Of a stretch of DNA of 49,576 nt, positions 37,092 through 46,510 are shown one piece after another. Below the pieces are notes generated by a model. That model saw only the letters and a program-made list of their open reading frames with translations. It was not told the origin of the DNA and did not search any database. The first letter of the stretch is position 1, and each line of letters begins with the position of its first letter. Source of the DNA: Escherichia phage HK639; the sequence record NC_016158.1, one strand, 5' to 3'. The position numbers and the translations under genes were made by a program.

Positions 37092-37319
37092 ATGAACAAA
37101 GTTATTCAACGAGCTTTAGAAATCGTTGGCAGCCAGAAGCGACTCGCAGATATTTGCGGCGTTAGCCAGCCAGCGGTTCACAAGTGGCTTAACGGTGGTT
37201 CCGTATCTCCGGAAAAAGTAACAGCCATCGTAAACGCTACTGGTGGCGAGATTAAGGCACACGAAATTCGACCTGATCTTCCCGACCTGTTTCCACACCC
37301 AGAGAACCATGCCGCTTAA
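37092..37319 (+). CDS. cro: Cro-like HTH regulator
   Basis: 75 aa; HTH RLADICGVSQPAVHKWLNG; divergent from cI across operator region. Confidence 0.7.
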   Translation: MNKVIQRALEIVGSQKRLADICGVSQPAVHKWLNGGSVSPEKVTAIVNATGGEIKAHEIRPDLPDLFPHPENHAA

Positions 37320-37348
37320 CGGCGGCCCTAACCACGAAAGGGAAAGCA

Positions 37349-37894
37349 ATGCATTCACTTGCGTATCAACAAGGTAACAAATTTTCGCCAACGGCGATGA
37401 TTTACCAGAATCGCCGGGAGCCTGATTCCGCGGCGTTAAACATCGATGGGATTCGCGCAGCGGTTCGCGCCTGGGCAGCTGATTGCCGCAGCCGTGAATT
37501 TGTCGCCGCTCTGATTGTTGAAGAGTGGCGGGCAATCGGCGGCACCGGACTTGATATCCCGACTGACTCACACCGCCAGATGCAGAAGGTGTTCCGCTGG
37601 ATCGACGGGGACACCGAATATGCGGCCAACAACATTCGCCAGCTGGCACCGGCAATCATGGCCGTGCTGCCGCTGGAGTACCGCAACCGCCTGGCACCGC
37701 AGAACGACACGATGTCGCTAATCGCCTCTGCAATGAAAGAGTGTGCCGAGGCTAAACAGGCCGTGCTGCTGGACGCTCCAGAGCATCAGAAGCTGAAAGA
37801 GGTAAGCGAGGGTATAGCGTCGCTGTTCCGCCTCATGCCGGAGCAGGTAGGGCCGTTGATGACGATGGTGACGTCGATGCTGGGGGTTATGTGA
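37349..37894 (+). CDS. CII-like / YdaT-like regulatory protein
   Basis: 181 aa directly after cro; position and size consistent with CII-like family. Confidence 0.5.
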   Translation: MHSLAYQQGNKFSPTAMIYQNRREPDSAALNIDGIRAAVRAWAADCRSREFVAALIVEEWRAIGGTGLDIPTDSHRQMQKVFRWIDGDTEYAANNIRQLAPAIMAVLPLEYRNRLAPQNDTMSLIASAMKECAEAKQAVLLDAPEHQKLKEVSEGIASLFRLMPEQVGPLMTMVTSMLGVM

Positions 37895-37979
37895 GAGGCA
37901 CCAGAAAAGAAAAAGCCCTTGAAGCGGTCACTTCAAAGGCCTTCCAAACACTGTGTTACGCCAAGTAACGGGATTAATT

Positions 37980-38384
37980 ATGGCAGGACAAACAAAGCAA
38001 GTAAACACCGAGCTAAGGGCTGGTGACAGGTTCGAAACTGCATACCCATTTATCTATGTGTGCACAGATTACCAGTCATACGACGGCAACGTGCATACCG
38101 ATGAGCGTTGGATTGGCGGTTGCCACAAAAATTATGAGCCCGCTGACTGTGGGTATGGTGATCAGTGCTTTTACACCGCTGATGCTGAAGGAAAGCGAAT
38201 TCTTGAGGTTTTGGCTGTCGTGGAAATGCCAGGTAATTGGCAGAGAAGAATTATTTACGCCTGTCATCTCATAGAACCTGAAGGTAAGGAGAGGAAAGGC
38301 AGAAAGGCTTACACAGTAACTGAATCCAGATTCTTAAAAATGGCTTCTGGTTATTTTGCAGATTACGAATTGGAGGATGCCTAA
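37980..38384 (+). CDS. hypothetical Cys-rich protein (inserted between cII-like and O-like genes)
   Basis: ORF 37953..38384; 6 Cys plus His in 134 aa (YVCTDY, GGCHKNYEPADCGYGDQCFY, YACH). Confidence 0.45.
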   Translation: MAGQTKQVNTELRAGDRFETAYPFIYVCTDYQSYDGNVHTDERWIGGCHKNYEPADCGYGDQCFYTADAEGKRILEVLAVVEMPGNWQRRIIYACHLIEPEGKERKGRKAYTVTESRFLKMASGYFADYELEDA

Positions 38385-39247
38385 TGGCTCGCTCAAGAAA
38401 CATTAAGCCAGGCTTTTTCACAAATGACGAGCTTGCAGAATGCCAGCCACTGGCGCGCATCCTCTTCGCTGGCTTGTGGACTATCGCCGATAAAGAGGGG
38501 CGCCTGGATGACCGCCCTAAGAAAATTAAAGCCATGGTGCTGCCTTTTGATGATGTCGATTGTGACGCTTTGTTGCAGCAGCTGCATCAGCACAAATTCA
38601 TCAACCGTTACCAGGTAAAAGGCGATTCCTACATTCAAGTTTCTAACTGGAAAAAGCATCAGAACCCGCACTGCAAAGAAGCGGCAAGTGAGATACCAGA
38701 ACCATCTCAGAACCAAAATGGCACCGAACAAGAACAGTGCAATTCAGATGCAAAAGAGGAAAAGGAAGAAGAGGGAAAGCCTCAAGTAATTGAAAATAAT
38801 GAAGCACAAGAAAAGCACGGTGCTAGTAAGGTGCAAGAACAGGTTAAGAACAGTTTAAATCCTGCTGATTCCCTTAACCTGATTCCTGATTCCCCTATCC
38901 CTGATCCGGATTCCTTGGTTAACACCCAAGCCGCTGACGCGTCTTGCGAAGAGGCCAATGCAGATATTCATGAAATATCGAGTCGGTACGCATTCGAGGG
39001 CCAGATCGTACGGCTGAACCACAAGGACTACCAGGCATGGTTAAGCCTGTACCCGCTGATAGACCTGAATTACGAGCTTCAGAAGCTGGATATCGAGTTC
39101 ACTCATGAGAAGCCAAAAAATTGGTTTATCACTGCCAGCCAGAAGCTGAGTTATCAGAACAAGCAAGCGGCAGTGCGCTGCAAACCAGCCGCTAAGCCGG
39201 ATCTGGACTTCAACAACACCGACTGGGCTTATGGGGTGATTCGATGA
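38384..39247 (+). CDS. replication initiator (O-like, replisome organiser)
   Basis: 287 aa; immediately upstream of lambda P-like gene; contains internal iteron-like repeats; acidic linker. Confidence 0.65.
   Translation: MARSRNIKPGFFTNDELAECQPLARILFAGLWTIADKEGRLDDRPKKIKAMVLPFDDVDCDALLQQLHQHKFINRYQVKGDSYIQVSNWKKHQNPHCKEAASEIPEPSQNQNGTEQEQCNSDAKEEKEEEGKPQVIENNEAQEKHGASKVQEQVKNSLNPADSLNLIPDSPIPDPDSLVNTQAADASCEEANADIHEISSRYAFEGQIVRLNHKDYQAWLSLYPLIDLNYELQKLDIEFTHEKPKNWFITASQKLSYQNKQAAVRCKPAAKPDLDFNNTDWAYGVIR
38859..38926 (+). repeat. iteron-like direct repeats (candidate ori) inside O-like gene
   Basis: Four copies of CTGATTCC-like motif: CCTGCTGATTCCC, CCTGATTCC, TGATTCCCC, CCGGATTCC. Confidence 0.5.
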
Positions 39248-39933
39248 AATCTCTTGCAGAGCAGATGCGTAACCACGACCGCGAGCAGATGAGCCGCATG
39301 GCCCATAACCTGCCAGAGCAGTACCAGGAGCGTGCGCCGGTCGAACAAGTGGCGCAGGTATTCAACAAGCTGTTCAACGAGCTGCGCGCCGCTTTCCCGG
39401 CCAGTATGGCAAACTTCCGCACCCAGGATGACCTGAACGAATTCCGCCGTCAGTGGCTGCTGGCGTTTCAGGAGAACGGGATCCACACCATGGCTCAGGT
39501 CGATGCCGGCATGCGTGTAGCTCGCCGCCAGGAGCGTCCATTCCTGCCGTCTCCGGGCCAGTTCGTCGCCTGGTGCAAACAGAGCGGCGGCGCGCTGGGT
39601 ATCACCGTTGACCAGGTGATCACCGAATACTGGGACTGGCGTAATCGTTCGTTCGAATTCACCTCTAGCGAGCAATTTCCCTGGTCTCAGCCGGTCATGT
39701 ACCACATCTGCGTAGAACTGCGCCACCGCAGCACTGAGCGCCAGTTAACGCATGGTGAGCTGTCGCGCGAAGCAGGCGACCTGCTGGACATGTGGGAGAA
39801 GCGAGTCATGGAGGGTAAGCCAGTGCCGCCGGTACGCCGGGCAATTGCAGCGCCTGCCGCAGAGCATGGGCCTACGCCGATCCAGCTGCTCCAGGCGAAG
39901 TACAACCGCAACAAATCGAACGGGATGGTGTGA
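39244..39933 (+). CDS. P: replication protein P (DnaB helicase loader)
   Basis: Strong resemblance to recalled lambda P: MKSLAEQMRNHDREQMSRMAHNLPEQY..., RRQWLLAFQENGI, AGMRVARRQERPFLPSPGQFVAWC. Confidence 0.85.
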   Translation: MKSLAEQMRNHDREQMSRMAHNLPEQYQERAPVEQVAQVFNKLFNELRAAFPASMANFRTQDDLNEFRRQWLLAFQENGIHTMAQVDAGMRVARRQERPFLPSPGQFVAWCKQSGGALGITVDQVITEYWDWRNRSFEFTSSEQFPWSQPVMYHICVELRHRSTERQLTHGELSREAGDLLDMWEKRVMEGKPVPPVRRAIAAPAAEHGPTPIQLLQAKYNRNKSNGMV

Positions 39934-39934
39934 G

Positions 39935-40279
39935 ATGACCATAACAATCCGTGGGCAGATTCTTGCAGCCCTGCGTAATAACCCGGGCCTGAGCAGTGCT
40001 CGCATTGCCACCATGATCGGCATGACCACCAAAAAGATTTCCGGCCCGCTAAGCACATTGTTTGCAGACGGCCTGATCGAGTTCGAAGGCAAGCACGGCC
40101 AGCGGCTTTATCGGCTGACAAGCTACGGCATGAAATACGCACCGGAAACCATACCGGCCATGCCGAAGGGAAATTCGAAGCTGGTGCAGCGCACAGAGGC
40201 AAACGTGACCTGCCAGGAGTGCCGCAACAGTCCGGCGATGAGAAGGGTATTGATGGTTTGGGGGAGGGTAGGGGGATGA
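39935..40279 (+). CDS. hypothetical winged-helix-like protein
   Basis: ORF 39752..40279; start at ATG 39935 just after P stop; 114 aa. Confidence 0.45.
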   Translation: MTITIRGQILAALRNNPGLSSARIATMIGMTTKKISGPLSTLFADGLIEFEGKHGQRLYRLTSYGMKYAPETIPAMPKGNSKLVQRTEANVTCQECRNSPAMRRVLMVWGRVGG

Positions 40280-40815
40280 AATTATTTGAGATGGAAGGTT
40301 TTCTCCGTGGCAAGTGCATTCCACGCGATGTGAAGGTTAACGAAACCAACGCCGAGTATCTTGTGCGTAAATTTGCCGAAGCAGATGCCATGTGCGCGGC
40401 GCTGGCTGCGGAGAATGCGGGGCTGAAGGCGGTGTGTGAAGACCGTCGCGCGTTCATCATGAATGGGGTTCAGCTGGGTTATATCCAGGTTCCGACAGTG
40501 GAAACAGACCCGGCACTTGAAACCATTCGCGTTGCTGTGTCACCCCAAGAGCCAACCCCAGCAACCGACGCTTTCCTGGCTGAAGTGCGGGCTCAGGGTG
40601 TGGAAGAGTTTCTGAGAGATAGCCAATTACCTTATCAAATTGCAACTGTGTTGGCTGATTACGACGACGTCGATGATGCAACGCTCCAGACCGTTATTTG
40701 GTCTGGGCAGCCGCCAGAGCCTGATGGCGACGTTTGGCACCTCGAATATGTGTCTCGCGGTAACGCAATTGTGCGCGCTGTTTTGAAGGAGCTTCGCAAA
40801 GGAGTGCAGTCATGA
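40276..40815 (+). CDS. hypothetical protein
   Basis: ORF 40219..40815; start at ATG 40276 after GGGGG RBS. Confidence 0.45.
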   Translation: MKLFEMEGFLRGKCIPRDVKVNETNAEYLVRKFAEADAMCAALAAENAGLKAVCEDRRAFIMNGVQLGYIQVPTVETDPALETIRVAVSPQEPTPATDAFLAEVRAQGVEEFLRDSQLPYQIATVLADYDDVDDATLQTVIWSGQPPEPDGDVWHLEYVSRGNAIVRAVLKELRKGVQS

Positions 40816-41042
40816 GACTGAAAATGCACACGCCAGACGGATCGGTGATTGTCGAAAGTAACCTGGTAACGCAGTTTTACCCTGATTTCGAAAGCGGCGG
40901 CGAGCTGACCACCATCGAAACGGTATCGGCCACAGGAGAAACTTTCTCGGTGAAAGTAAAGCACTCGTTTATGCAGGTGACTGGAGCACTGGCTACAGCC
41001 TGGAGCGTTGACGAGAAGAAAGCAACAAGGGGCGCCCAATGA
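40812..41042 (+). CDS. hypothetical protein
   Basis: 76 aa, overlapping stop/start packing. Confidence 0.4.
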   Translation: MRLKMHTPDGSVIVESNLVTQFYPDFESGGELTTIETVSATGETFSVKVKHSFMQVTGALATAWSVDEKKATRGAQ

Positions 41043-41551
41043 GCAACATCGACAAACATGCCGTCCAAGCAGTTGCCGATTTGAAAGCTGGTTACACCCT
41101 CGGTCACGCTGATGTGGCAATCCTGAACGAGCTGGCGCGTATAGCACTGGCATCGCTCGAAGTGGAGGCTGTGGCGTGGCTACTGTCAGGCGGCGGCGCA
41201 AAAAACAACGTCAGCTTCGATAGTGGCAATGCTTATGCCGACCCGCTGCGAGAAGTAACGCCGCTTTACACCGCCCCGCCAGCGCCGGTATCTGTGCCCG
41301 CTGCGATGGAAATGGATGATGACTTTGACAGCGCGTTTGAACACGGAAAAGCTGTCGGCTGGAACGCCTATCGCGCAGCCATGCTTCAGTCGTTCGGTAA
41401 TTCCGAACAACTCAACTCTCCGGTGATTCCGGATGGTTGGGTGCTGGTGCCAGAAGAACCCACCCATGAAATGCTTGAGGCTGGTGATGAACAATTCGGA
41501 ACTTACGATGTGTATCGCCGGATGATAGCAGCATCACCGCAGCAGAAGTGA
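41039..41551 (+). CDS. hypothetical protein
   Basis: 170 aa, overlapping stop/start packing. Confidence 0.45.
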   Translation: MSNIDKHAVQAVADLKAGYTLGHADVAILNELARIALASLEVEAVAWLLSGGGAKNNVSFDSGNAYADPLREVTPLYTAPPAPVSVPAAMEMDDDFDSAFEHGKAVGWNAYRAAMLQSFGNSEQLNSPVIPDGWVLVPEEPTHEMLEAGDEQFGTYDVYRRMIAASPQQK

Positions 41552-41559
41552 TCTATAAT

Positions 41560-41585
41560 CCCCTCAAATAACCGAGGGGGTTTTA
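41560..41585 (+). terminator. hairpin with T-run
   Basis: CCCTC-AAATAACC-GAGGG followed by GGTTTTA. Confidence 0.4.
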
Positions 41586-41767
41586 TGTCTAACGAAGAAA
41601 TGACTCCAGCAGAAAAATATAAAGCTTCAATGAAAAGACATAAAAAGTTCTGGAGGAAATCACAAATTGCAAATGCGAAACGGTTTGATGCTGGAGAGGT
41701 TGAATCTGTTGATGGTTTTAGATCTCCTTATGAGACCAGAAAGAAGAGAGGGAGGACTGCTGACTAA
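41585..41767 (+). CDS. hypothetical basic small protein
   Basis: 60 aa, Lys/Arg-rich. Confidence 0.35.
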   Translation: MSNEEMTPAEKYKASMKRHKKFWRKSQIANAKRFDAGEVESVDGFRSPYETRKKRGRTAD

Positions 41768-42009
41768 TGTCTGACTGGAACATTGCAGCAAAGCCGCAGG
41801 AAGACCGCGATAAGGTTAACGTTGACCTGGCAGCCTCCGGCGTGGCCTACAAAGAGCGCCTGAATATGCCGGTTATCGCCGAAGTGGTGATGCGTGAGCA
41901 GCCGGAGTATTTGCGTGATTACTTCCTTGAGCGCCTTAAGTTTTATCGTGAGAAGTCGATAACTTTGCCGAAAGGTAGCGATCCGGCTTACCTGAAACAG
42001 GATGACTAA
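41767..42009 (+). CDS. hypothetical protein
   Basis: 80 aa ORF. Confidence 0.4.
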   Translation: MSDWNIAAKPQEDRDKVNVDLAASGVAYKERLNMPVIAEVVMREQPEYLRDYFLERLKFYREKSITLPKGSDPAYLKQDD

Positions 42010-42011
42010 AA

Positions 42012-42233
42012 ATGAAAGTTGCATTACTAAAGAACCCAAAAATCGTTATGGAAGCAGAATTCACTGACGGATCGCCGGAAAGGTTAGTTTTCCTCAAAGA
42101 CCAAGTCACGGAAGTCATTTTTGACGGCGCCGCTGATGATGAGCTGTTCGAGTTTATTTTCGATGAAAGAACAGCCAAGGGATTTTATTTCCATGACTTT
42201 GACGGAGAAAGATATACCTTCCTCGGAGAATAA
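42012..42233 (+). CDS. hypothetical acidic protein
   Basis: 73 aa ORF. Confidence 0.4.
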   Translation: MKVALLKNPKIVMEAEFTDGSPERLVFLKDQVTEVIFDGAADDELFEFIFDERTAKGFYFHDFDGERYTFLGE

Positions 42234-42420
42234 TCAGCCTTTGATTTTCTGGAATCAAACCGCCATAATCATGTCATCGGAGCCTGAACAACTCCGGTGA
42301 CTTCTGCGCATTTAAGGGGACTTAAATGCGACCACAATCTGAACTCCTCACCTTGTCACAGATGCAGAAATGCACCTGCGATTTTCTGCATTCTGCGTTT
42401 GACCTCTTCGGAGGTGAAGC

Positions 42421-42855
42421 GTGGCTGTAAAATTCCTGCTGCGCGACCAGCGCATCCGCCAAAACCTCATCGATTACATCAATCAACAGCCGCTGAATGC
42501 TGAGTTTCCTCTCGTCGTTTCTTTCTCAGACCCTGACCGGACATTGCCACAAAACTCACTCTTCCACGCGCTATGTGGCGACGTGTCAAAGCAACTGCAA
42601 TGGGCAGGGAAGCGCCGGAACCTCTCGGAATGGAAGGTTCTGTTTGTCTCCGGGCATGCGGTCGCAACTGGCAAACCCGGTGAAGTTGTGCCGGGTATTG
42701 AGGGAGAGTTCTGCGCCATCCGAGAAAGCACCTCGAAGATGGGCATTAAGCGCATGAACAGCCTGATTGAGTACACGCAGGCCTTTGCCGTAGGCAATGG
42801 CGTTCAGCTCCGCGAAGTGCGCTATTCGCTGGACTATTTCGGGAGGGTTGCATGA
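42421..42855 (+). CDS. ninB: NinB-like recombination protein
   Basis: Conserved blocks [20 protein letters not shown] and GKPGEVV...STSKMG versus recalled lambda NinB; track start is a non-ATG codon. Confidence 0.65.
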   Translation: MAVKFLLRDQRIRQNLIDYINQQPLNAEFPLVVSFSDPDRTLPQNSLFHALCGDVSKQLQWAGKRRNLSEWKVLFVSGHAVATGKPGEVVPGIEGEFCAIRESTSKMGIKRMNSLIEYTQAFAVGNGVQLREVRYSLDYFGRVA

Positions 42856-43022
42856 ACAGCCCTATCGCACGCGTCATCTCAAACGAAATCTTCCGCGTTC
42901 CGGCGCGCCGTCAGCGCAAGCCTGCGGTTAAGCCTTCCGACATCCCGACTTTCAAGGACTACACCGCCCGCCTGGTGGATCAGAAATGGCTGCGTCTCGC
43001 GGCACGGAGGAAACATGCGTAG
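42852..43022 (+). CDS. hypothetical small protein (56 aa)
   Basis: RBS GGGAGGG; [24 protein letters not shown]...; overlaps neighbours; below ORF-track cutoff. Confidence 0.35.
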   Translation: MNSPIARVISNEIFRVPARRQRKPAVKPSDIPTFKDYTARLVDQKWLRLAARRKHA

Positions 43023-43299
43023 CACCTACCGCAATAAAAAATGGCTAGCCGCAGTCGGCCAGATTGAGCAATGCGTCCTGTGCGGAGCGTGGGGCGTGCA
43101 GGTGGCGCACCGCAACGAGGGTAAAGGTATCGGAATGAAAACAGACGACTGCGCCACCGCTGCTATCTGCGTCACCTGTCATTCAGAGATTGATAACGGG
43201 AAGGGGCTGAGCCGTGACGAGCGCCGCCAGTTAATGGATCGAGCCATTGTCTTAACCGTTATCCAGATCGCCCGTCGTGGCCTAGTGGTGCCCGCATGA
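43015..43299 (+). CDS. Nin-region zinc-binding protein (Cys/His-rich)
   Basis: 94 aa; CVLCG...H...CVTCH motif. Confidence 0.5.
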   Translation: MRSTYRNKKWLAAVGQIEQCVLCGAWGVQVAHRNEGKGIGMKTDDCATAAICVTCHSEIDNGKGLSRDERRQLMDRAIVLTVIQIARRGLVVPA

Positions 43300-43655
43300 A
43301 TATTTACGATATCACTCCTGTCAGCAAGCCCCGTATGACACAACGAGATCGCTGGCATAAAAGACCTGCGACAGCGGCATATTGGGCTTTTAAAGCAGAA
43401 GTTAGCCTGCTTGGAATCAGCATTCCTGAATCCGGTTATCACATCACCTTCATCATTCCCATGCCAAAAAGCTGGAGCCAGAAGAAGCGTGCGCAACTTA
43501 ACGGCCAGGCTCATCAGCAGAAACCGGATAAAGACAACCTGGAAAAGGCGCTTCTCGATGCCATTTTCGACGACGACAGCCGCGTCTGGGATGGCCGGGT
43601 GACAAAACTTTGGGGAGAGAAGGGACAGATCATTATTGGGGAGTGCGCGCCGTGA
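43296..43655 (+). CDS. rusA: RusA-family Holliday junction resolvase
   Basis: 119 aa; KPRMTQRDRW, PDKDNLEKALLDAI and D..R.W motifs typical of RusA. Confidence 0.8.
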   Translation: MNIYDITPVSKPRMTQRDRWHKRPATAAYWAFKAEVSLLGISIPESGYHITFIIPMPKSWSQKKRAQLNGQAHQQKPDKDNLEKALLDAIFDDDSRVWDGRVTKLWGEKGQIIIGECAP

Positions 43656-43767
43656 CCAGAGACGAGATAACCCGGTACCAGGCCGAAAGCGTTAAGCGCG
43701 CCAACCTGCCGCCAGTAGCAAAGCACAGCCAGACCAAAACCAACCAGCCACATAAGGAAGCCGCATA

Positions 43768-44265
43768 ATGAAACTGGAATTAACCAACGACCAACATCAA
43801 TGGGTAGACCAGTGGCTCCAGTTGTGGGGCGCATGGTGCCAGACCGGCAAGATTGATAAAGCGATGATCAACATGATTGCCAGATTCATGGCTACCGTCG
43901 AGCCCCAGCAAGCATCACGGCCGGTATGTAGTGATGATGACGGAATGCTCATTGATGCTGTCATTCGCCACTACCTGAAGAATGTGGATGAAAATGCCTG
44001 GCGGGTTATCTTCGCCTACTATGTCTGCAACTCCAGCGAGATCCGAATTGCATCATGGCAGCATGCAGTAAGTAAGCCTCGCCTTATGAAGACGCGTGGC
44101 GGAAATCAGTACAAACACCCAAGCATCTCGACAATCCGTAGAGAGGTGAAGCAAATCATCAATGCTTCATTGTTCTGTTTATACCAACCGCTTCAAAATG
44201 CGTTTAACGATCGCGAAAATGTGAGGAAAGTTGCAAATAAATCACACAACGTGCTTGCAATTTAA
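43768..44265 (+). CDS. Q: late gene antiterminator Q-like protein
   Basis: 165 aa; last gene before tRNA/terminator region and lysis cassette; Cys/His residues. Confidence 0.6.
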   Translation: MKLELTNDQHQWVDQWLQLWGAWCQTGKIDKAMINMIARFMATVEPQQASRPVCSDDDGMLIDAVIRHYLKNVDENAWRVIFAYYVCNSSEIRIASWQHAVSKPRLMKTRGGNQYKHPSISTIRREVKQIINASLFCLYQPLQNAFNDRENVRKVANKSHNVLAI

Positions 44266-44330
44266 TGAACAAATGAGCAAACTAATTCGTATATGTTGCC
44301 ATTGTTGTGTGTAACATGAATAAATTCCAA

Positions 44331-44357
44331 GCCCCGCCATCGTGCGGGGCTTTTTCG
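44331..44357 (+). terminator. rho-independent terminator downstream of Q
   Basis: GCCCCGC-CATCGT-GCGGGGC plus TTTTT. Confidence 0.65.
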
Positions 44358-44362
44358 TTTCA

Positions 44363-44437
44363 GGGTCAGAAGCACAGCGGTTGTGCGTTCGGCTGTTAAC
44401 CGAATGGTCGAAGGTTCGAATCCTTCCTGTCCCGCCA
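44363..44437 (+). tRNA. tRNA-Asn (anticodon GUU), phage-encoded, one U-U mismatch in acceptor stem
   Basis: Manual fold: acceptor GGGTCAG/CTGTCCC, D-stem GCAC/GTGC, anticodon stem TTCGG/CCGAA with loop CTGTTAA, T-arm GAAGG-TTCGAAT-CCTTC, discriminator G, CCA. Confidence 0.6.
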
Positions 44438-44442
44438 ATTCT

Positions 44443-44517
<75 letters not shown>

Positions 44518-44703
44518 GTTTAAGCTTTTCGGTCTGCGATGATGGGGTCCCCGGAGTGACTGAAAAGCGACCTAGTTTTGAATGGGCGCTGCTTTTTGCA
44601 AAATTGCTGTGTGAAAATGCTGACCTTTGGGTTCAGCGCTCATCCAAAAGCATCTCGTTAAAATCCAGTTAACCTCGGGTGGTTTGTTGGGTGAGGTGCC
44701 TCA

Positions 44704-44728
44704 AATTCAAATAGCCTCGCTTCGGCGA
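44704..44728 (+). terminator. rho-independent terminator
   Basis: CCTCGC-TTCG-GCGAGG plus TTTTTTC. Confidence 0.65.
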
Positions 44729-44776
44729 GGTTTTTTCATTTGTAAGACAACCATCAGGAAGCAATGGCTAATCTCA

Positions 44777-44806
44777 TTGACTGCAGGAATAAGTTCGGCG
44801 TAATTT
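44777..44806 (+). promoter_or_regulatory. candidate late promoter (pR'-like): TTGACT-18 bp-TAATTT
   Basis: -35 TTGACT and -10 TAATTT resemble recalled lambda pR' hexamers; about 170 nt upstream of a strong terminator. Confidence 0.35.
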
Positions 44807-44952
44807 ATTTCTGTGGTGAATCCTTTCTAAGCGAAAGGGCGTTCCAGCCAACTGCTATCTGCAGGTATGCGCGCGACTTTGCTGGCTGGAGTAGAGTCAC
44901 CGGGAGGCACCCGGCACCATGACAACAACAATACAGTTTCAAATTCCTTGAG

Positions 44953-44981
44953 AGCCTGCCGTAAAAAGCAGGCCTTTTTTT
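44953..44981 (+). terminator. rho-independent terminator (tR'-like candidate)
   Basis: GCCTGC-CGTAAAAA-GCAGGC plus TTTTTTT. Confidence 0.6.
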
Positions 44982-45136
44982 ATGAAATTGCGAACTGCTG
45001 CTACGCTTGAAAAGTGGGTTGAAGATAACTGCCTGATGGTTCTCCTGAACCATAGTGAATCAGCCTGATACTGTCTCACTCTGGTCAGTTAGCAAAACTC
45101 ACGACTACCTACCTTACTTACTAATAGTCACTCATT

Positions 45137-45165
45137 AGCCCGCCTTCAAAAGCGGGCTTTTTTTA
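45137..45165 (+). terminator. rho-independent terminator upstream of holin gene
   Basis: GCCCGC-CTTCAAAA-GCGGGC plus TTTTTTT. Confidence 0.6.
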
Positions 45166-45216
45166 TCTCCCCTCAATTTTTCTGAGAGGATTCGCAGCAA
45201 TAACAGAGGGGGCGTA

Positions 45217-45606
45217 ATGTCCGATCCATTAACCGGCACTGGTGCAGTTCTCGGGGGCGGCCTGTTGGGCTCAGTCCTGTACGGTGTCTTTACTCATACA
45301 GATTTCGGCGTGGTGTTTGGAGCGTTTGGTGGTGCGGTGTTTTACGTCGCGACAGCTGCAAACCTTACGCGTGCTCGCCTGGCTGCATATTTTCTGACTT
45401 CATTCATTGTTGGAGTGCTAGGCGCCGGGTTTGTTGGCTCATGGCTAAATGCTGCCTCGAGTTATGAAAAACCACTGGATGCACTCGGAGCAGTGATTCT
45501 GTCTGCGCTGTGTATAAAAATCCTAACTTTTCTTAATAACCAGGATTTGAACAGCCTGTTCGGCTTTTTCTCACGGTTACGCGGAGGAGGGGGGAATGGT
45601 AATTGA
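45217..45606 (+). CDS. holin (multi-TM membrane protein)
   Basis: 129 aa with several Gly-rich hydrophobic helices; first gene of lysis cassette. Confidence 0.6.
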   Translation: MSDPLTGTGAVLGGGLLGSVLYGVFTHTDFGVVFGAFGGAVFYVATAANLTRARLAAYFLTSFIVGVLGAGFVGSWLNAASSYEKPLDALGAVILSALCIKILTFLNNQDLNSLFGFFSRLRGGGGNGN

Positions 45607-45874
45607 CCCGTCAGCTGTCTTTAATGCGTTTATCTGCTCGGTGATCGTCGTCGTTCTGATGTTCTACCAGCGCCATGGTGCCCGGCACCGTCCTTTCATC
45701 TCAATCCTGGCGTATATAACCATCCTGGTTTACGCCGTAATCCCGTGGCAATTCATCTTCGGCCTCTATCGTGACTCCAGTTGGCTGGTGGTGGTGGCAA
45801 ACCTCCTGATATGCGCAGCTGTTATGAAGGTCCGGGGAAATCTGGCGCGTCTGGTTGATCTTCTGAGGCACTAA
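45596..45874 (+). CDS. holin/antiholin-like membrane protein
   Basis: 92 aa, three hydrophobic segments; between holin and endolysin. Confidence 0.5.
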   Translation: MVIDPSAVFNAFICSVIVVVLMFYQRHGARHRPFISILAYITILVYAVIPWQFIFGLYRDSSWLVVVANLLICAAVMKVRGNLARLVDLLRH

Positions 45875-46503
45875 TGAACCAAATACTATTTCAAAAGGCG
45901 GCAGGTATAAGCGCCGGTCTAGCCGTGCGCTGGTTTCACTATATCGATGCTGCAATGAAGGAATTCGGCATAACCGCGCCGCTCGATCAGGCCATGTTTA
46001 TCGCGCAGATGGGCCACGAGTCCGGCGGCTTCACCCGGCTGGTGGAAAACCTGAACTATTCGGCAGAAAACCTGGTATCTACGTTTGGCAAGCATCGCAT
46101 TACTGCACAGCAGGCCGCCGCACTCGGCAGAACGGCAACGCAACCGGCAAATCAAAAAGCGATAGCCAATCTGGTTTATGGCGGTGAGTGGGGCAAAAAG
46201 AACCTGGGCAACCAGGTTGCTGGTGATGGCTGGAAATATCGCGGTCGCGGCCTGAAGCAAATCACCGGGCTCAGCAATTACCGCAACTGTGGCCACGCGC
46301 TGAAGTTGGACCTTGTAACCCAGCCTGAATTGCTGGAACAGGATGAATATGCTGCGCGCTCCGCTGCATGGTTCTATGTCTCGCACGGATGCCTGCTCCA
46401 TTCCGGCGACGTGGAGCGCGTGACGCTGCTTATCAACGGCGGCCGTAACGGGCTGGAACAACGGCGCACCCTGTTTAACCTGGCGAAATCTGTGCTGGTG
46501 TGA
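45874..46503 (+). CDS. endolysin, glycoside hydrolase family 19 (chitinase-like)
   Basis: FIAQMGHESGGF and YRGRGLKQITG motifs typical of GH19 phage endolysins. Confidence 0.75.
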   Translation: MNQILFQKAAGISAGLAVRWFHYIDAAMKEFGITAPLDQAMFIAQMGHESGGFTRLVENLNYSAENLVSTFGKHRITAQQAAALGRTATQPANQKAIANLVYGGEWGKKNLGNQVAGDGWKYRGRGLKQITGLSNYRNCGHALKLDLVTQPELLEQDEYAARSAAWFYVSHGCLLHSGDVERVTLLINGGRNGLEQRRTLFNLAKSVLV

Positions 46504-46510
46504 GGTCACT

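Noticed and set aside
39687-40460. 257-aa minus-strand ORF across P and Nin-region genes
   Set aside because: Antisense to the strongly supported lambda P-like gene
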